Below are positions 17,147-27,400 of a DNA stretch of 64,000 bases, in pieces. Made by a program: the position numbers and the translations under genes. The notes under the pieces were generated by a model. It was not told the DNA's origin. It made no database searches and was given only the letters and a program-made list of their open reading frames with translations. Position 1 is the first letter of the stretch. Each line of letters starts with the position of its first letter. Source of the DNA: an uncultured Haloferula sp. GTDB taxonomy: Bacteria > Verrucomicrobiota > Verrucomicrobiia > Verrucomicrobiales > Akkermansiaceae. The DNA lies in assembly GCA_965652295.1 (NCBI GenBank), contig CBFGTS010000001.1, positions 160,001 through 224,000 on the forward strand, in the 5' to 3' direction.

Positions 17147-17324
17147 AGCGGCGCGAGGATAGCAGCAAGCTGTCACAAAAGCGACCCCAAAAAGATCAGG
17201 CTTTAAAAAAATGCCGCGTATTCTGGCAAACAAAAAATTAAGGATATCCAAAATAAATGCTTGTGTGCCCTTCACCCGCGTCGGGCATTGACGGATCAAA
17301 GGGCCTCGCCAAGCTGACCGCACG

Positions 17325-17918
17325 ATGATCGTGCGCTTGCGGGGAACGGTGTGGGAAAGCTACCCGAATCGGCTGGTCGTGGACGTGGCCGGGGTGGGGT
17401 ATGAAGTGCTGGTCCCGCTGAGCTGCATCGACCGCCTGCATCCGGTCGAAGGGCGCCCGATCGATCTTCGGACCTATCATCACCAGCGCGAGAACGGGCA
17501 AACGCTCTATGGTTTCTCCAGCGAAGAGGAGCGCGACGTTTTCATCCTGCTGATCGATCGGGTGAGCGGGATCGGCCCGGCGATTGCGATGTCGATCCTG
17601 AGCGGCATGCCGGCCGGGCGTTTCAAGGCCTGTGTGGCAAATGGCGAAATTGGCGAGCTTTCGAAGATCAAGGGTCTGGGGAAGAAGACGGCGGAGCGGA
17701 TCGTGCTGGAGTTGAAGGACAAGGTCGGGGTGGTGGATACGTGGCGGGAGGTGGCGGCGGGAGGCATGCAGCCAGCGGCGGCGGATGCGGAACTGGCGTT
17801 GTTGGCGTTGGGCTACAAGCAGGTGGACGCGCGCAAGGCGGTGAAGGCGGCATTGGAGGCGCAGCCGGGGGCGGCGACGGAGGAGTTGGTCCGCTGCGCG
17901 CTTCGTTCGATGGCATGA
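17325..17918 (+). CDS. ruvA: Holliday junction DNA helicase subunit A
   Basis: VVDVAGVGYEV, LYGF, VSGIGPA.A, KGLGKKTAERIVLELKDK, ALLALGY. Confidence 0.96.
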   Translation: MIVRLRGTVWESYPNRLVVDVAGVGYEVLVPLSCIDRLHPVEGRPIDLRTYHHQRENGQTLYGFSSEEERDVFILLIDRVSGIGPAIAMSILSGMPAGRFKACVANGEIGELSKIKGLGKKTAERIVLELKDKVGVVDTWREVAAGGMQPAAADAELALLALGYKQVDARKAVKAALEAQPGAATEELVRCALRSMA

Positions 17919-19198
17919 AGGCGGATTTCGAAGCATTGCGCGATGCCGGAGCCGGGGAGCGGTTCGGGCGCAGCTGGAAGGTTTCGCCGCAGCCGCTGGC
18001 GCTGTCGAAGGGCGAGGTGCGTGCGCTGCGGGGTATGGGGCACGTGCTGGCCAGATTCCAGCAGACCTGCGACGAGGTTTACCGGCGGAGCGCTGCGGGT
18101 TCGCTGCCGGGCTGGATCGCCGAACTGCTGGATACGGGCAAGCCGACGTGGATGGTCGAGGTGCAGCGGGAGGCGGGTCGCCAAGGCCAGATGCCGCGCG
18201 TGGTGAGGCCGGACCTGATGATGGGCGAAGACGGCTTTTCGCTGACGGAAATCGATGCCGTTCCAGGGGGAATGGGTCTCACCGCATGGTTGGCCCGCAC
18301 GTACAGCAAGGCGGGCTTTGAAGTGGTGGGAGGAGCGGACGGCATGGTCGAGGGCTTCCGGCGGATCACTTCGGAGGGGAATGTGACCGTCGTGGCCGAG
18401 GAGGCGGCGGATTATTTTGAAGAAATGGAGTGGCTGGCCGAACAGGCCGGCGGAGACCGGCGGATTGCGATGGTGGAGGATTTCGACGAGGCGGCGGAGG
18501 TTTACCGGTTCTTCGAATGGTTCGATTGGGAGAGCATGGATGTTTACCGCAAACTGGCGGAAGACTCCGTGGCGGGGAGGGTGGGGTTAACGCCCGGTTG
18601 CCTGCCGCACTTGGAGGACAAATTGTGGCTCGCGCTGCTGTGGACGCCGGCGCTGAAGCCGATGTGGCAGTCGATGATGCGCGGGAGTCACTTGCAGCGT
18701 TTGCGCGAGTGGGTGCCCTTCGGTTGGGTGGCGGATCCGGAACCACTGCCGCCGCAGGCGGCATTGCCGCGGCTCGGGGTGCATGGCTGGGACGAGGTGG
18801 CGGAGTTCAGCCAAAAGGAGCGGCAGCTGGTGCTCAAAATCAGTGGTTTCCACGAGATGGCGTGGGGCTCGCGGGGCGTGCACATCGGGCACGATCTTTC
18901 CTCGATGGAGTGGAAAGCGGCGTTGATGCAGGCTTTGGAGGACTTCAGCCAACAACCGTGGATTTTGCAGGAGTTTCGTGAGACGAGGCTGATCGAGCAC
19001 CCGGTTTACCAAGATGACGGCTCGGTGGAGGTGATGCCGATGAGGGCCCGGCTTTGTCCGTATTATTTCACCGATGCGGCAGGGAAGACCGAGCTGGGCG
19101 GGTGCCTGGCGACGCTGGTCCCGGCGGATAAGAAGAAGATCCACGGCATGAATGATGCCGTGCTGGTGCCCTGCGTCGAGGAGAGCGATCTGGAGTGA
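17915..19198 (+). CDS. ATP-grasp-like ligase (glutathionylspermidine-synthase/circularly permuted ATP-grasp-like)
   Basis: RPDL, LTEID..PGG.G, EDK, LVLK, WGSRGV, WILQEF, RLCPY. ATGA overlap with the ruvA stop. Confidence 0.7.
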   Translation: MKADFEALRDAGAGERFGRSWKVSPQPLALSKGEVRALRGMGHVLARFQQTCDEVYRRSAAGSLPGWIAELLDTGKPTWMVEVQREAGRQGQMPRVVRPDLMMGEDGFSLTEIDAVPGGMGLTAWLARTYSKAGFEVVGGADGMVEGFRRITSEGNVTVVAEEAADYFEEMEWLAEQAGGDRRIAMVEDFDEAAEVYRFFEWFDWESMDVYRKLAEDSVAGRVGLTPGCLPHLEDKLWLALLWTPALKPMWQSMMRGSHLQRLREWVPFGWVADPEPLPPQAALPRLGVHGWDEVAEFSQKERQLVLKISGFHEMAWGSRGVHIGHDLSSMEWKAALMQALEDFSQQPWILQEFRETRLIEHPVYQDDGSVEVMPMRARLCPYYFTDAAGKTELGGCLATLVPADKKKIHGMNDAVLVPCVEESDLE

Positions 19199-19266
19199 TC
19201 GCCATGAAGTGCTCCGGCATGACGGAACTTTGAGGATGGGGTCGCAAGTCGCCGGGCGAGCTGGCT

Positions 19267-19350
19267 CGGAGCCGACATGTCGGCTCCGGGGAGGAGCCGC
19301 GAACAAGAAGCGGCTCGGAGGAAAAAGCGGAGACACGTCTCCGCACTCCG
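19267..19350. repeat. Cluster of REP-like palindromes
   Basis: Perfect 22-bp palindrome CGGAGCCGACATGTCGGCTCCG; GAGCCGC..GCGGCTC; AAAGCGGAGACACGTCTCCGCACTCC. Lies between convergent genes. Confidence 0.6.
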
Positions 19351-19365
19351 AAGAAAGGGGACACG

Positions 19366-19396
19366 AAAAAAGCCCGGGTAGACTACCCGGGCCTTT
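19366..19396 (-). terminator. Intrinsic (possibly bidirectional) terminator of rpmB
   Basis: GCCCGGGTAG..CTACCCGGGC stem with A6 on one side and CTTT on the other. Confidence 0.8.
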
Positions 19397-19423
19397 GAAA
19401 GATGGATCGGAAATCCCGTGCGA

Positions 19424-19687
19424 TCAGACGATGCCTGCTTCCTTGAGGGTCGCGTAGGCACCGTTCTTGTTGATCGTCTTGAGCGCGCGGGCGGAAAGCT
19501 TCACGCGGACGAACCGGTCGAGCTCGGGGACCCAGATGCGCTTGGTCTGAAGGTTGGGAGCGACTTTGCGCTTCACGACCTTGGTGACGTGGCGGCCGAT
19601 CCCGCCCTTTTTTTTGGCGAGACCGGAACGGTTGATGCGGCCGCCGGAGCGGACTCGGCTTCCTCGGATGCTGCAAACGCGGGCCAT
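19424..19687 (-). CDS. rpmB: 50S ribosomal protein L28
   Basis: MARVCSI...GLAKKKGGIGRH..KRK..PNLQ.KRIWVPE..RFVR.KLSARALKTINKNG. Confidence 0.95.
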   Translation of the reverse strand: MARVCSIRGSRVRSGGRINRSGLAKKKGGIGRHVTKVVKRKVAPNLQTKRIWVPELDRFVRVKLSARALKTINKNGAYATLKEAGIV

Positions 19688-19818
19688 GGTGGGAAAGTGG
19701 TTAGGGATTGAGGTCCGGTCTTCGGACGGGCGGCGAAGGATGCACGGCACCAATGACCGGTCAAGGCAAAACCCGGTGATTTCCGAAGACAATTTGCGGA
19801 CGGTGGAACGGCGCGAAA

Positions 19819-20745
19819 TCAACGGGCGAAATCCGCTGCCGTTTCGGCCAGCCGGGCGGTCTCCGGCTTTCCATGATGCAGAAGGACGCGGTAGCGAAGT
19901 TCGAGAGTAGCGCCCTTTTTCAGAAGAAAGTCGCCGCTCCCCGCCGGCTTTCCTTTCTCGAAATCATGGATGCCGAAGGGGTTGGCAGCGAGCAGACCGT
20001 AGTCGCGCGCGTGCCACCAGGTGGGGAAACGCAGGTTTTCAGGGTGGTCGAACATGGCGACCACGGCGGGTTCTCCTTTTTCATCAGGCCCATAAAACGC
20101 CACCCATTCCGAGCGCTGGCCCCAGCTCTGGTCGTCGGTGCGCCCCTCGCTGTCGAGGATCCCGCCCTTGGCCAGCGTGCCTTTGAGGCGCAGGGTGCGA
20201 TCGACCCGGACCGCGCAGGTGCCTTCCTTGGTGTCGCCGAACTTCACATCATCATCGGCGGCGGTGAGCTTTGAGATCAGATCGATCCACAGGGTTTCTT
20301 CATCCGGCCTGTGGAAACGGTAGTGGCGGGTTTCGGCGAGCTGGCGTCGGCCATCGGCCACCCATTCCAGATCGACGGCGAACGAGACGCCGTTCTCCGT
20401 TTCCGTTTCCCCATGGGTTCGGAGGTGCCGGATCTCGGGTTCTCCGCCGCCGGTCCAGGCCCAGAAATCGTAGCCGTTCACCGCGCCGTGGGAAAACCAC
20501 ATCGAGCGGTGGTGCGGGTGGTCTTTTTCCTCACCTTCGACGCCTTTCTTGATCGGCCAGTTCCGGGCGAGGTTCGCGCCGGACGCGCTGGGCAGGGGAT
20601 ACACGTAGGGCACCCGGCCGGTGTGGTAGGCGGTGAGGAGCGCGCCGTCTTCCCACACTTCCACGCCGTCGTCAGTGGGCTTTAGTTCCATCGCCGTGGC
20701 GACCATGGCCAGCATCGGGGCGGTCCAGCAGAACATTCGTAACAT
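19819..20745 (-). CDS. Secreted DUF6807/'PmoA-like' family protein (not a methane monooxygenase)
   Basis: PYVYPL, DHPHHRSMWFSHG, FGDTKEG, WHARDYGL.AANPF. Confidence 0.75.
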   Translation of the reverse strand: MLRMFCWTAPMLAMVATAMELKPTDDGVEVWEDGALLTAYHTGRVPYVYPLPSASGANLARNWPIKKGVEGEEKDHPHHRSMWFSHGAVNGYDFWAWTGGGEPEIRHLRTHGETETENGVSFAVDLEWVADGRRQLAETRHYRFHRPDEETLWIDLISKLTAADDDVKFGDTKEGTCAVRVDRTLRLKGTLAKGGILDSEGRTDDQSWGQRSEWVAFYGPDEKGEPAVVAMFDHPENLRFPTWWHARDYGLLAANPFGIHDFEKGKPAGSGDFLLKKGATLELRYRVLLHHGKPETARLAETAADFAR

Positions 20746-21019
20746 GCACGCATTCAACGCCAGATGGATCATCTAGCAAGAGCGGGATCATCCCCCGAAG
20801 CGGGCATGGTGAGATTTCCGGGTAACATGAAAACAGATGAATACGGATAATTAAGAAAGTAAAAGTATCTTAAAATCAGTGAATTATGGCTTGATCGATG
20901 GTGCGTCTATGGGTTTTATCAACCCCGTTCACCCACACCCGCATGGTCGCGCCCGTGCCCCCCAAGGTCAGGCCGTCGGGAGTAGTGGTTCTCACCCAAC
21001 CTCTATTCCACACCACACC

Positions 21020-21208
21020 ATGAGCCGCGAGGCAGTATTGAAACTGTCCTTCCTTGGGAAGGCACCGACCGATCGAAATGACTTGTTCCGGATTCTCGAC
21101 CTAGCCGGGAAGGTCCTGGAGGGCGACCAGCGCCCTGGGCTTCCCGAGGACGAGGAGTTTCCGGGAAACGTGATCCCGTTTCCCGGGACATGCCTGATGG
21201 GCGGCTGA
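21020..21208 (+). CDS. Small hypothetical protein (62 aa)
   Basis: ATG after an AC-rich leader; ends with a GNVIPFP motif; precedes the ECF sigma gene. Confidence 0.5.
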   Translation: MSREAVLKLSFLGKAPTDRNDLFRILDLAGKVLEGDQRPGLPEDEEFPGNVIPFPGTCLMGG

Positions 21209-21282
21209 CCGCCGGGTCCGGGAAGCAGTGGCGGCGAGTTTTCCCGGAATAGATGCCGCCCTGCCTACTCCAACCCGGGTCC

Positions 21283-21831
21283 ATGAGCGAATTCGAGGCA
21301 TTGGTCGACGCGCACTACGAGGGGCTTTACCGCTTCGCCCTGTCGTTGGCCAAGAATCGTGACACGGCTGCGGATCTCGTTCAGCAAACCTTCTGCATCT
21401 GGGCCCGGAAAGGGGACCAGCTTCGCGACCGGTCGAAGGCCAAGACCTGGCTTTTCACCACCCTCCACCGTGAGTTTCTCAGCCACGCGCGGAGGACGCG
21501 GCGCTATGCGGACGGGGAGCTGACCGAGGAAATCATCGAACGGGCCGGTGCCGGAGAAGACGATGCCGATCGCCAGCTCGATGGTCAGCGCGTGCTCGAA
21601 TTGCTCGGCGGACTTGACGAGACCTTCCGTGCGCCGATCACGCTCTTCTACCTCCAGCAGCACAGCTACAAGGAGATCGCCCAAATCCTCGACATCCCGA
21701 TCGGGACGGTGATGTCGCGCATTTCCCGGGCGAAGGAGATGTTGAAAAAGCGCATGACCCAGGAACCGGCCAGCGCGCCGAAGAACATCCTGCAACTGCA
21801 ACCCGAGCACCTGCGCAAGCACCATGGATAG
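21283..21831 (+). CDS. ECF RNA polymerase sigma factor
   Basis: LYRFA, AADLVQQTF, KTWLFT; region 4 SYKEIAQILDIPIGTVMSRISRAK. Confidence 0.95.
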   Translation: MSEFEALVDAHYEGLYRFALSLAKNRDTAADLVQQTFCIWARKGDQLRDRSKAKTWLFTTLHREFLSHARRTRRYADGELTEEIIERAGAGEDDADRQLDGQRVLELLGGLDETFRAPITLFYLQQHSYKEIAQILDIPIGTVMSRISRAKEMLKKRMTQEPASAPKNILQLQPEHLRKHHG

Positions 21832-22732
21832 GGAACAGGCACGATTCATCCTCCGGTCGTTCCGCGCGAGTAGCGCGGACGCGAGCGACGCGGAGTTCGC
21901 CGAGGCGCTGGCCTTGGCGGCGAACGACCGCGAGCTGGGCGAGTGGCTCGCCCGCGAGCACGCGACGGACACCGCTTTTGCCGCGGCCCTGAGCCGTGTG
22001 AGTTTGCCCGAAGGGTTGCGCGAGGAAGTGCTCGCATCTTTTGATGCCACCGGGGACACGCCGGTGGAGCGTGATGGCGCAGACCAGCTGTGGTCGTCCG
22101 CTCTCGCTTCCGTTTCTCCGCCTTCCGGTCTGCGGGCGGAAATCCTCGCCGCCATGGAGATGTCGGCTCCGCGGGTGATCCGACGGCCGGCGTGGAAACG
22201 ATTCGCCCTGCCTCTCGCCGCTGCGGCGGGCATCGCACTCGCCTTGGTGGTGACCCGGCCCGGCGCTTCGCCGCCCGCGGTTCCAGTGGCTGCGTTGCCG
22301 ACAGCGCCATCCGGTGCCGTACCGATCAGTCACGTCGAGGATTCCGCCATTTCCCTGCTCGAATCTCCCGGTTTCACGCTCGATCTCAGCAATCCGGATC
22401 ACGAAGTGCTTTTCCAACACATCCGCAAGTCCGGCCGCGCCTGCCCTGGCGGCGCCGTGCCGAAGGGCCTTGAAGACATTCCCGGCCTCGGCTGCCGCAA
22501 CCTCGAAGTGGAGGGAAAGGAAGGAGCCATCGTCTGCTTCCGCCGGGCCGAGGGCGACGTGGTCCACCTCGTGGTGTTCCGGCAGTCGGACATCAGCTGC
22601 AAGCTGCCGACCTGCGGCCACCCGAAACTCGGCAAGCACGGCGACTGGTCGGTCGCCCGCTGGCAGAAGGACGGCCGCGTCTTCCTGCTGCTCGGCCACG
22701 TGCCGGAAAAGCAGCTCGACGAGCTGTTCTGA
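21824..22732 (+). CDS. Probable membrane-anchored anti-sigma factor
   Basis: Overlaps the sigma gene; helical N-terminal domain, single TM (LAAAAGIALALVV), Cys-containing C-terminal domain. Confidence 0.75.
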   Translation: MDREQARFILRSFRASSADASDAEFAEALALAANDRELGEWLAREHATDTAFAAALSRVSLPEGLREEVLASFDATGDTPVERDGADQLWSSALASVSPPSGLRAEILAAMEMSAPRVIRRPAWKRFALPLAAAAGIALALVVTRPGASPPAVPVAALPTAPSGAVPISHVEDSAISLLESPGFTLDLSNPDHEVLFQHIRKSGRACPGGAVPKGLEDIPGLGCRNLEVEGKEGAIVCFRRAEGDVVHLVVFRQSDISCKLPTCGHPKLGKHGDWSVARWQKDGRVFLLLGHVPEKQLDELF

Positions 22733-22741
22733 GCCGCGGTG

Positions 22742-23497
22742 CTACGGGAAAGCCAGTAGTTTCACGGCAAGACCGATGCCGATCGCGGCGACGATGATCC
22801 GGACGATGTTGGCCGGGATCCGTTGCGCGTAGTGGGCTCCGATGAAATAGCCCGGAAATGCGCCCGCCAACAGGACCAGCGTCAGAGGTAGGTCGTAACG
22901 ACCGCTGATCAGGAAACCGATCGTCGCGGCCGTGTTGCAGAGGGCACCGAGGAGATTCTTGAGCGCGTTCATCCGGTGGACGTCGCGAAATCCCAGCAGA
23001 CCCAGCCCGGCCAGCATCATGATTCCGATCCCTGCCCCGAAGTAGCCGCCGTAGATCGCCACCACGCTTTGAAACGCCATCGCCTTCGGCGTCGGTCCCA
23101 CGGGCTCAGCGGCGTGGGCGCGGGTCCAGCGGCGCAGCGGTTCGTTGAAAAGGAAAAGCCCCGTGGCGAGGAGGATCAGCCATGGCACGGAGGCTTCGAA
23201 GATGCTCTCCGGCATGGCCAGCAGCAGCCACGCGCCGATGCCGCCACCGATGAGCGAGACGAGTCCCATCGGCAGAATCCAGGCCCGGACCTCGCGCAGC
23301 CGCTGGCGGAACGACCACACCGAACCCGGGATGCCAAACCACAGCGCGATCGTGGAACTCGTATTGGCCATCACCGGAGGCAGGCCGGCCGCGAGCAGCG
23401 CGGGAAAGGTGAGCAGCGTGCCGCCGCCGGCAATGGCGTTCACCGCCCCGGCGGCGAAACCGGCGAGCAGGACGAGCCAGGGAAAGGGATCGGGCAC
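22742..23497 (-). CDS. Sulfite exporter TauE/SafE (TSUP) family transporter
   Basis: NAIAGGGTLLTFPAL, ANTS, YGGYFGAGIG, NALKN. Confidence 0.9.
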   Translation of the reverse strand: MPDPFPWLVLLAGFAAGAVNAIAGGGTLLTFPALLAAGLPPVMANTSSTIALWFGIPGSVWSFRQRLREVRAWILPMGLVSLIGGGIGAWLLLAMPESIFEASVPWLILLATGLFLFNEPLRRWTRAHAAEPVGPTPKAMAFQSVVAIYGGYFGAGIGIMMLAGLGLLGFRDVHRMNALKNLLGALCNTAATIGFLISGRYDLPLTLVLLAGAFPGYFIGAHYAQRIPANIVRIIVAAIGIGLAVKLLAFP

Positions 23498-23543
23498 GGC
23501 CCCAATAGCATCGCACACAAGGTTTCCCGCAAGGCTGAACGCC

Positions 23544-24443
23544 TCAACGGCGCGTCACCCGCAGGCGGAAAAAATCGCGTCCCGATTCCGGAGCGGGAAA
23601 CACCACGCTCAGGATCTCCAGGCCGGCGTCCGCCGGGTGCGGACCCACCGAAACGCTCTGGATGGCGCCATCGAAAGTCGCCCAACCCGAGAGATCGGTG
23701 GAACGCTGGATTTCGTAGTGGAAGGCCGCACTCGAAAACTGCGAGCCGGTGCCGGAAGACCCGACGCGGCGGACGAGGTTCAAGGTGCCGGGGTGGAGGT
23801 CCAGCGGCAGCGGATCGGACGTGCCGGGATCGCTGCCCGTGGCGAATTCGATCAACGCGCTCCGACCATCGCCATCCGCGTCGGAATCATCCGGATTCGC
23901 CAGTGCCACGGCCTGATGCAGCTCGCCGCCGAGCGTGGCCGAGTTGACGCCGGGCTCACGCACGGAAACCAGCACCGCGCCGGGGCTCATGAGTGCGGCC
24001 GAGGTGGTCTGGCAGGAGATCGAACCGAATGCCGGCACGGTCCAGGTCGGAGCGGAAAAAACGAGCTGACCGGTGGCTTGGGCAAAATCCGGAGCGTCCA
24101 GAATCCACAGGTAGATGCGCTTGCCGGATTGGCTTGAGGCGTCGACCGAAGCCGCTCCGGAAAAGGAGCCGGCAAAACCCTGTGCCACGCCATTGAAGGT
24201 GCCGACCGCAGTCGTGGCATAGCTCACGAAATGCGCTTGGAGGGTGAAGTGGTCGTTTCCCGCCGCGATCACCTCCGCCGGGGTCAGATCGAAGGTGCCA
24301 ACCATCACCCGGCAGCCGACCGGGAGGTCGAGACCCTGGATGCTGCCCACCCCTCCGCCGGCACCTTGGGCACCATAGCTCACGGAAACCCCGTCGGCGC
24401 AGGCGCAGGCCGCCACCAGGAAGAAAGCGAGGGCGCGGATCAT
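23544..24443 (-). CDS. Secreted hypothetical protein
   Basis: Signal peptide; DSDADGDG...EFATGSDP; YEIQRSTDL..W; terminal RDFFRLRV. 4-nt overlap with the upstream giant gene. Confidence 0.8.
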   Translation of the reverse strand: MIRALAFFLVAACACADGVSVSYGAQGAGGGVGSIQGLDLPVGCRVMVGTFDLTPAEVIAAGNDHFTLQAHFVSYATTAVGTFNGVAQGFAGSFSGAASVDASSQSGKRIYLWILDAPDFAQATGQLVFSAPTWTVPAFGSISCQTTSAALMSPGAVLVSVREPGVNSATLGGELHQAVALANPDDSDADGDGRSALIEFATGSDPGTSDPLPLDLHPGTLNLVRRVGSSGTGSQFSSAAFHYEIQRSTDLSGWATFDGAIQSVSVGPHPADAGLEILSVVFPAPESGRDFFRLRVTRR

Positions 24444-27400
24444 TCCTCGTAGATGAACGGTTGCGGGCGTTCCCAGAGGCCGTCCTCCGTGAAACGGAAG
24501 AGCAACCAGGCAGATGCCGGATCGATCGGACGGATGGAAGCGTCGGTCAAATCATCCCCGATCGCGCGCCAGCCACTGCCGCCGGGATTCGTCGCGTCCT
24601 TTTGATAGTAGGGCTGATAACCCCACGGGCTTTCGAGATAGACGTGGCTGTGGTTGTTGGCGTCCGGGCTCACGAGGAAGAACGGGTTCAGCCCGAGAGT
24701 GCCGAGGGTGGCGTGCTCCACCGGTGTCTGGCTGCCGAGGATGCGGATGCCTTGGTCCATCACGCGCAGCCGCTTGCCGAGCACCACCTCGCCGTGGAAC
24801 CAGAGATCGAGCGGCTGATCCTCCGGATGGCGGAAGGTGAAGCCCTCGCCCGGTTGGACGATGCTGTCGGCCATGTCCTCGAAGGGGTCGGCGGTGGAAC
24901 GCCAGCCCGCCCCTCCCAAACCACCACTACGATAGTAGTAGTCGCTGAACGAGCCGTCCGGGTTCACGAAGGAAATCAGATCGCCCCCGTCCGGCGTGCC
25001 GGGGACGAGTCCGTCCTCATTGAAGCGTCCGAAGAGCGAAGCCAGCGAATGGCTACGGCGGATGACGTAGGTGCCTCCCCCGCCGGATGCCAGCCGGGCG
25101 GCGAGCAGCTCGTTCGCCCGACCCAGCTCCAAGGTGCTGCTGGCGTTTCCGGTGATGGCCATGAGCGCGCCCTCGGCGGGGCCGGAGGTGATCTGCACTT
25201 CGTGATCGAGCCACTGGCCCGGCGTCCAGGACGTCCGGGTGTCGGTGAGGGTGAAGCCGTCGGCCGTGGTGAAGCGGCCGCCATCCAGCGCCCCGCGGGC
25301 AAAGGGAGGAGCGAAGAGGTTCTGCTCCCGTGTCACCGGTCGCTTCAGCCAGCCGAAGGGGGCCGAGCGCACGGTGCCGCCGCCCACATCCACCGCGAGG
25401 CGGAGGTAGGCGGAATCGAAGGCATAGAGGCTCGATCGCACCTCCTCGGTGCCATCGGCGAGGTCGGAGACGTCGATGCTGAGGACGTTCGCTGGAATAT
25501 CGCTGCCTCCGGGACCATTGAGATCGGCGAGGGTGCCCCAGCCGCTTTCGAGATCGAGCGTGCCTTCCAGCCAGTAGCTGACGCCGGCGCGAGTGGCGGA
25601 GGGACGCGTGAAGACAAGCTCGAAGCGCCGCGAGCCATCGGGCAGGATCACCGCCTCCAGATGCGGGGTGCGGAGGACGCCGGCAAGAGCGCCGGGGACG
25701 GTGGAAACGGTGGCATCGCCACGGGTCGGATCGGTTGCCAGGGCGAACTCGATGCCATCGTTCAGCATGTCACCATCGTGATCATCCGCCGGATCGCCGC
25801 TCAGGCCGTAGCGGCCGGCCCATTCCTGCCAAGTGCCCGCGACGGGCGGCTGGCTGACCTCGACGATGACGTTGGCACTGGTCGTGCCGGCCGCGTTGGT
25901 GGCGGTGAGGGTGTAGGTGGTGGTCGAGTTCGGAGCTACGGTGATCGTGGTGGAGCCGCGGACGTCGGTGCCGTTCATGCTCAGGGTGGTGAGCGGCGAG
26001 CCTCCGGAAACGACCGTCCACGAGAGGGTGACTTCCGTTCCCGCGGTCACGGCATCGGGGGAGGCGTTGAAGACGATGATGTCCGGGGCACCGGGCGCGG
26101 GTGCGGCGGCATCGGCGTCCTCGATCTGCAGGAGGTAGGCGGCGAGGTCGTCGAGTTCCTGCGAGGTGAGGTCCACTCCGTCGTGGGCGGAAATGGCGGC
26201 GGCGACGGTCGTTGCGGAGCCATCGTGAAGGAAGGGAGCTCCATCGTGCAGGCCGCGCAGCGTGGGCGTGTCGAGACCGGTGAGAGTGCCGCCGAGGCGG
26301 GATCCACTGGAAGGCTTGAGCGTGCCGATGTCATGCAGCGGGGCTTTCCCCGAGTCGGTGAAATTCACGCCGCTGTGGCAGGAGGCGCAGTTCTCGGCGA
26401 TGAAGATGTTTTTCCCTCGCAACGCGGCGAGCGTATTCGCGCCGTCCTGCTGGCGGTGCGGCGTTTCGGCGAAGCCGGACAGCGAGGTGACGTAGGCGGC
26501 GAGTGCGTCGAGATCGGCGCTGCGGCCGGCGTTCGGAGTGCCAAGCGGCGGGTGCGGCGTCCCGTTGATCATCCCGTTGCCATCGGCCAGGTCGCGGACC
26601 TGGTTGTCGAAATCCTGGACTTCGTCGAAATTGGCGGACCAGTGGAGCGGGCCGTGGCCGGTGCCGGCGCGGCCGCGCAGGTCGGTGGTATTCCGAAGAC
26701 CTTCGCCGAAACCGGTGAAGTCCCAAACGCGACCATCGTGGCCGCCTTCGTTGTGGCAGGCGGCGCAGGAAATGTAGTCCTGCGAGCCCATGCGGTCGTC
26801 GGCTGCATCGTAGAAGAGCTGCTTGCCGAGCAGCACGTCGGGGGCAAGGGCGTCGGTTTCCACCGGGCTCAGTGTGGCGAGCAGTGTGGCTTGGGGGACG
26901 CCGTGGTTGATGATGTCGGACACGGCGTGAAGCGTCACCGTGCGGCTCATGAAGTTGTGGGTGAAAAGCACGCTGCCATCCCGCGAAAGCGCGAGGCCCT
27001 GAGGGGCGCGGCCGACCGGGATGCGGAGGAGTTCTTGTCCGCCGTAGACATCGATCACCGAAACCTGGCGCGAGCCTTCGAGGGCGACGAAGAGGAACAG
27101 GCCGAAAGGATCGAAGATGGCGGTGGACGGCACGGATCCGTCGTCGTGGTCGATGCGGCGCTCCGGCAGTTCCGCGCCAGCGGCGAGGTCGATGACCGAG
27201 GTGATGGCGCGAACGGTGGTGTCGTGGGTGAGGTTTCGGCCATCGCGCAGCACGCCGCGCTGGATGTTGTCCTGCTTCGAAGGCACCCACGCGAAGTCGC
27301 CCGCGGGTGAGATGACGGCGGGCCCGAGGTAGTTCGGAAGGCCCCGGCCACCGCCGCCGGAGTCCGGCTTCTGCGAGGGGGCGAGCAGGATGGTGTCGAG

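Noticed and set aside
19819..20745. 'PmoA' family label suggesting methane oxidation, tempting given the Mbn-like genes
   Set aside because: Soluble secreted DUF6807-type sequence with no membrane pMMO features; no pmoB/C.
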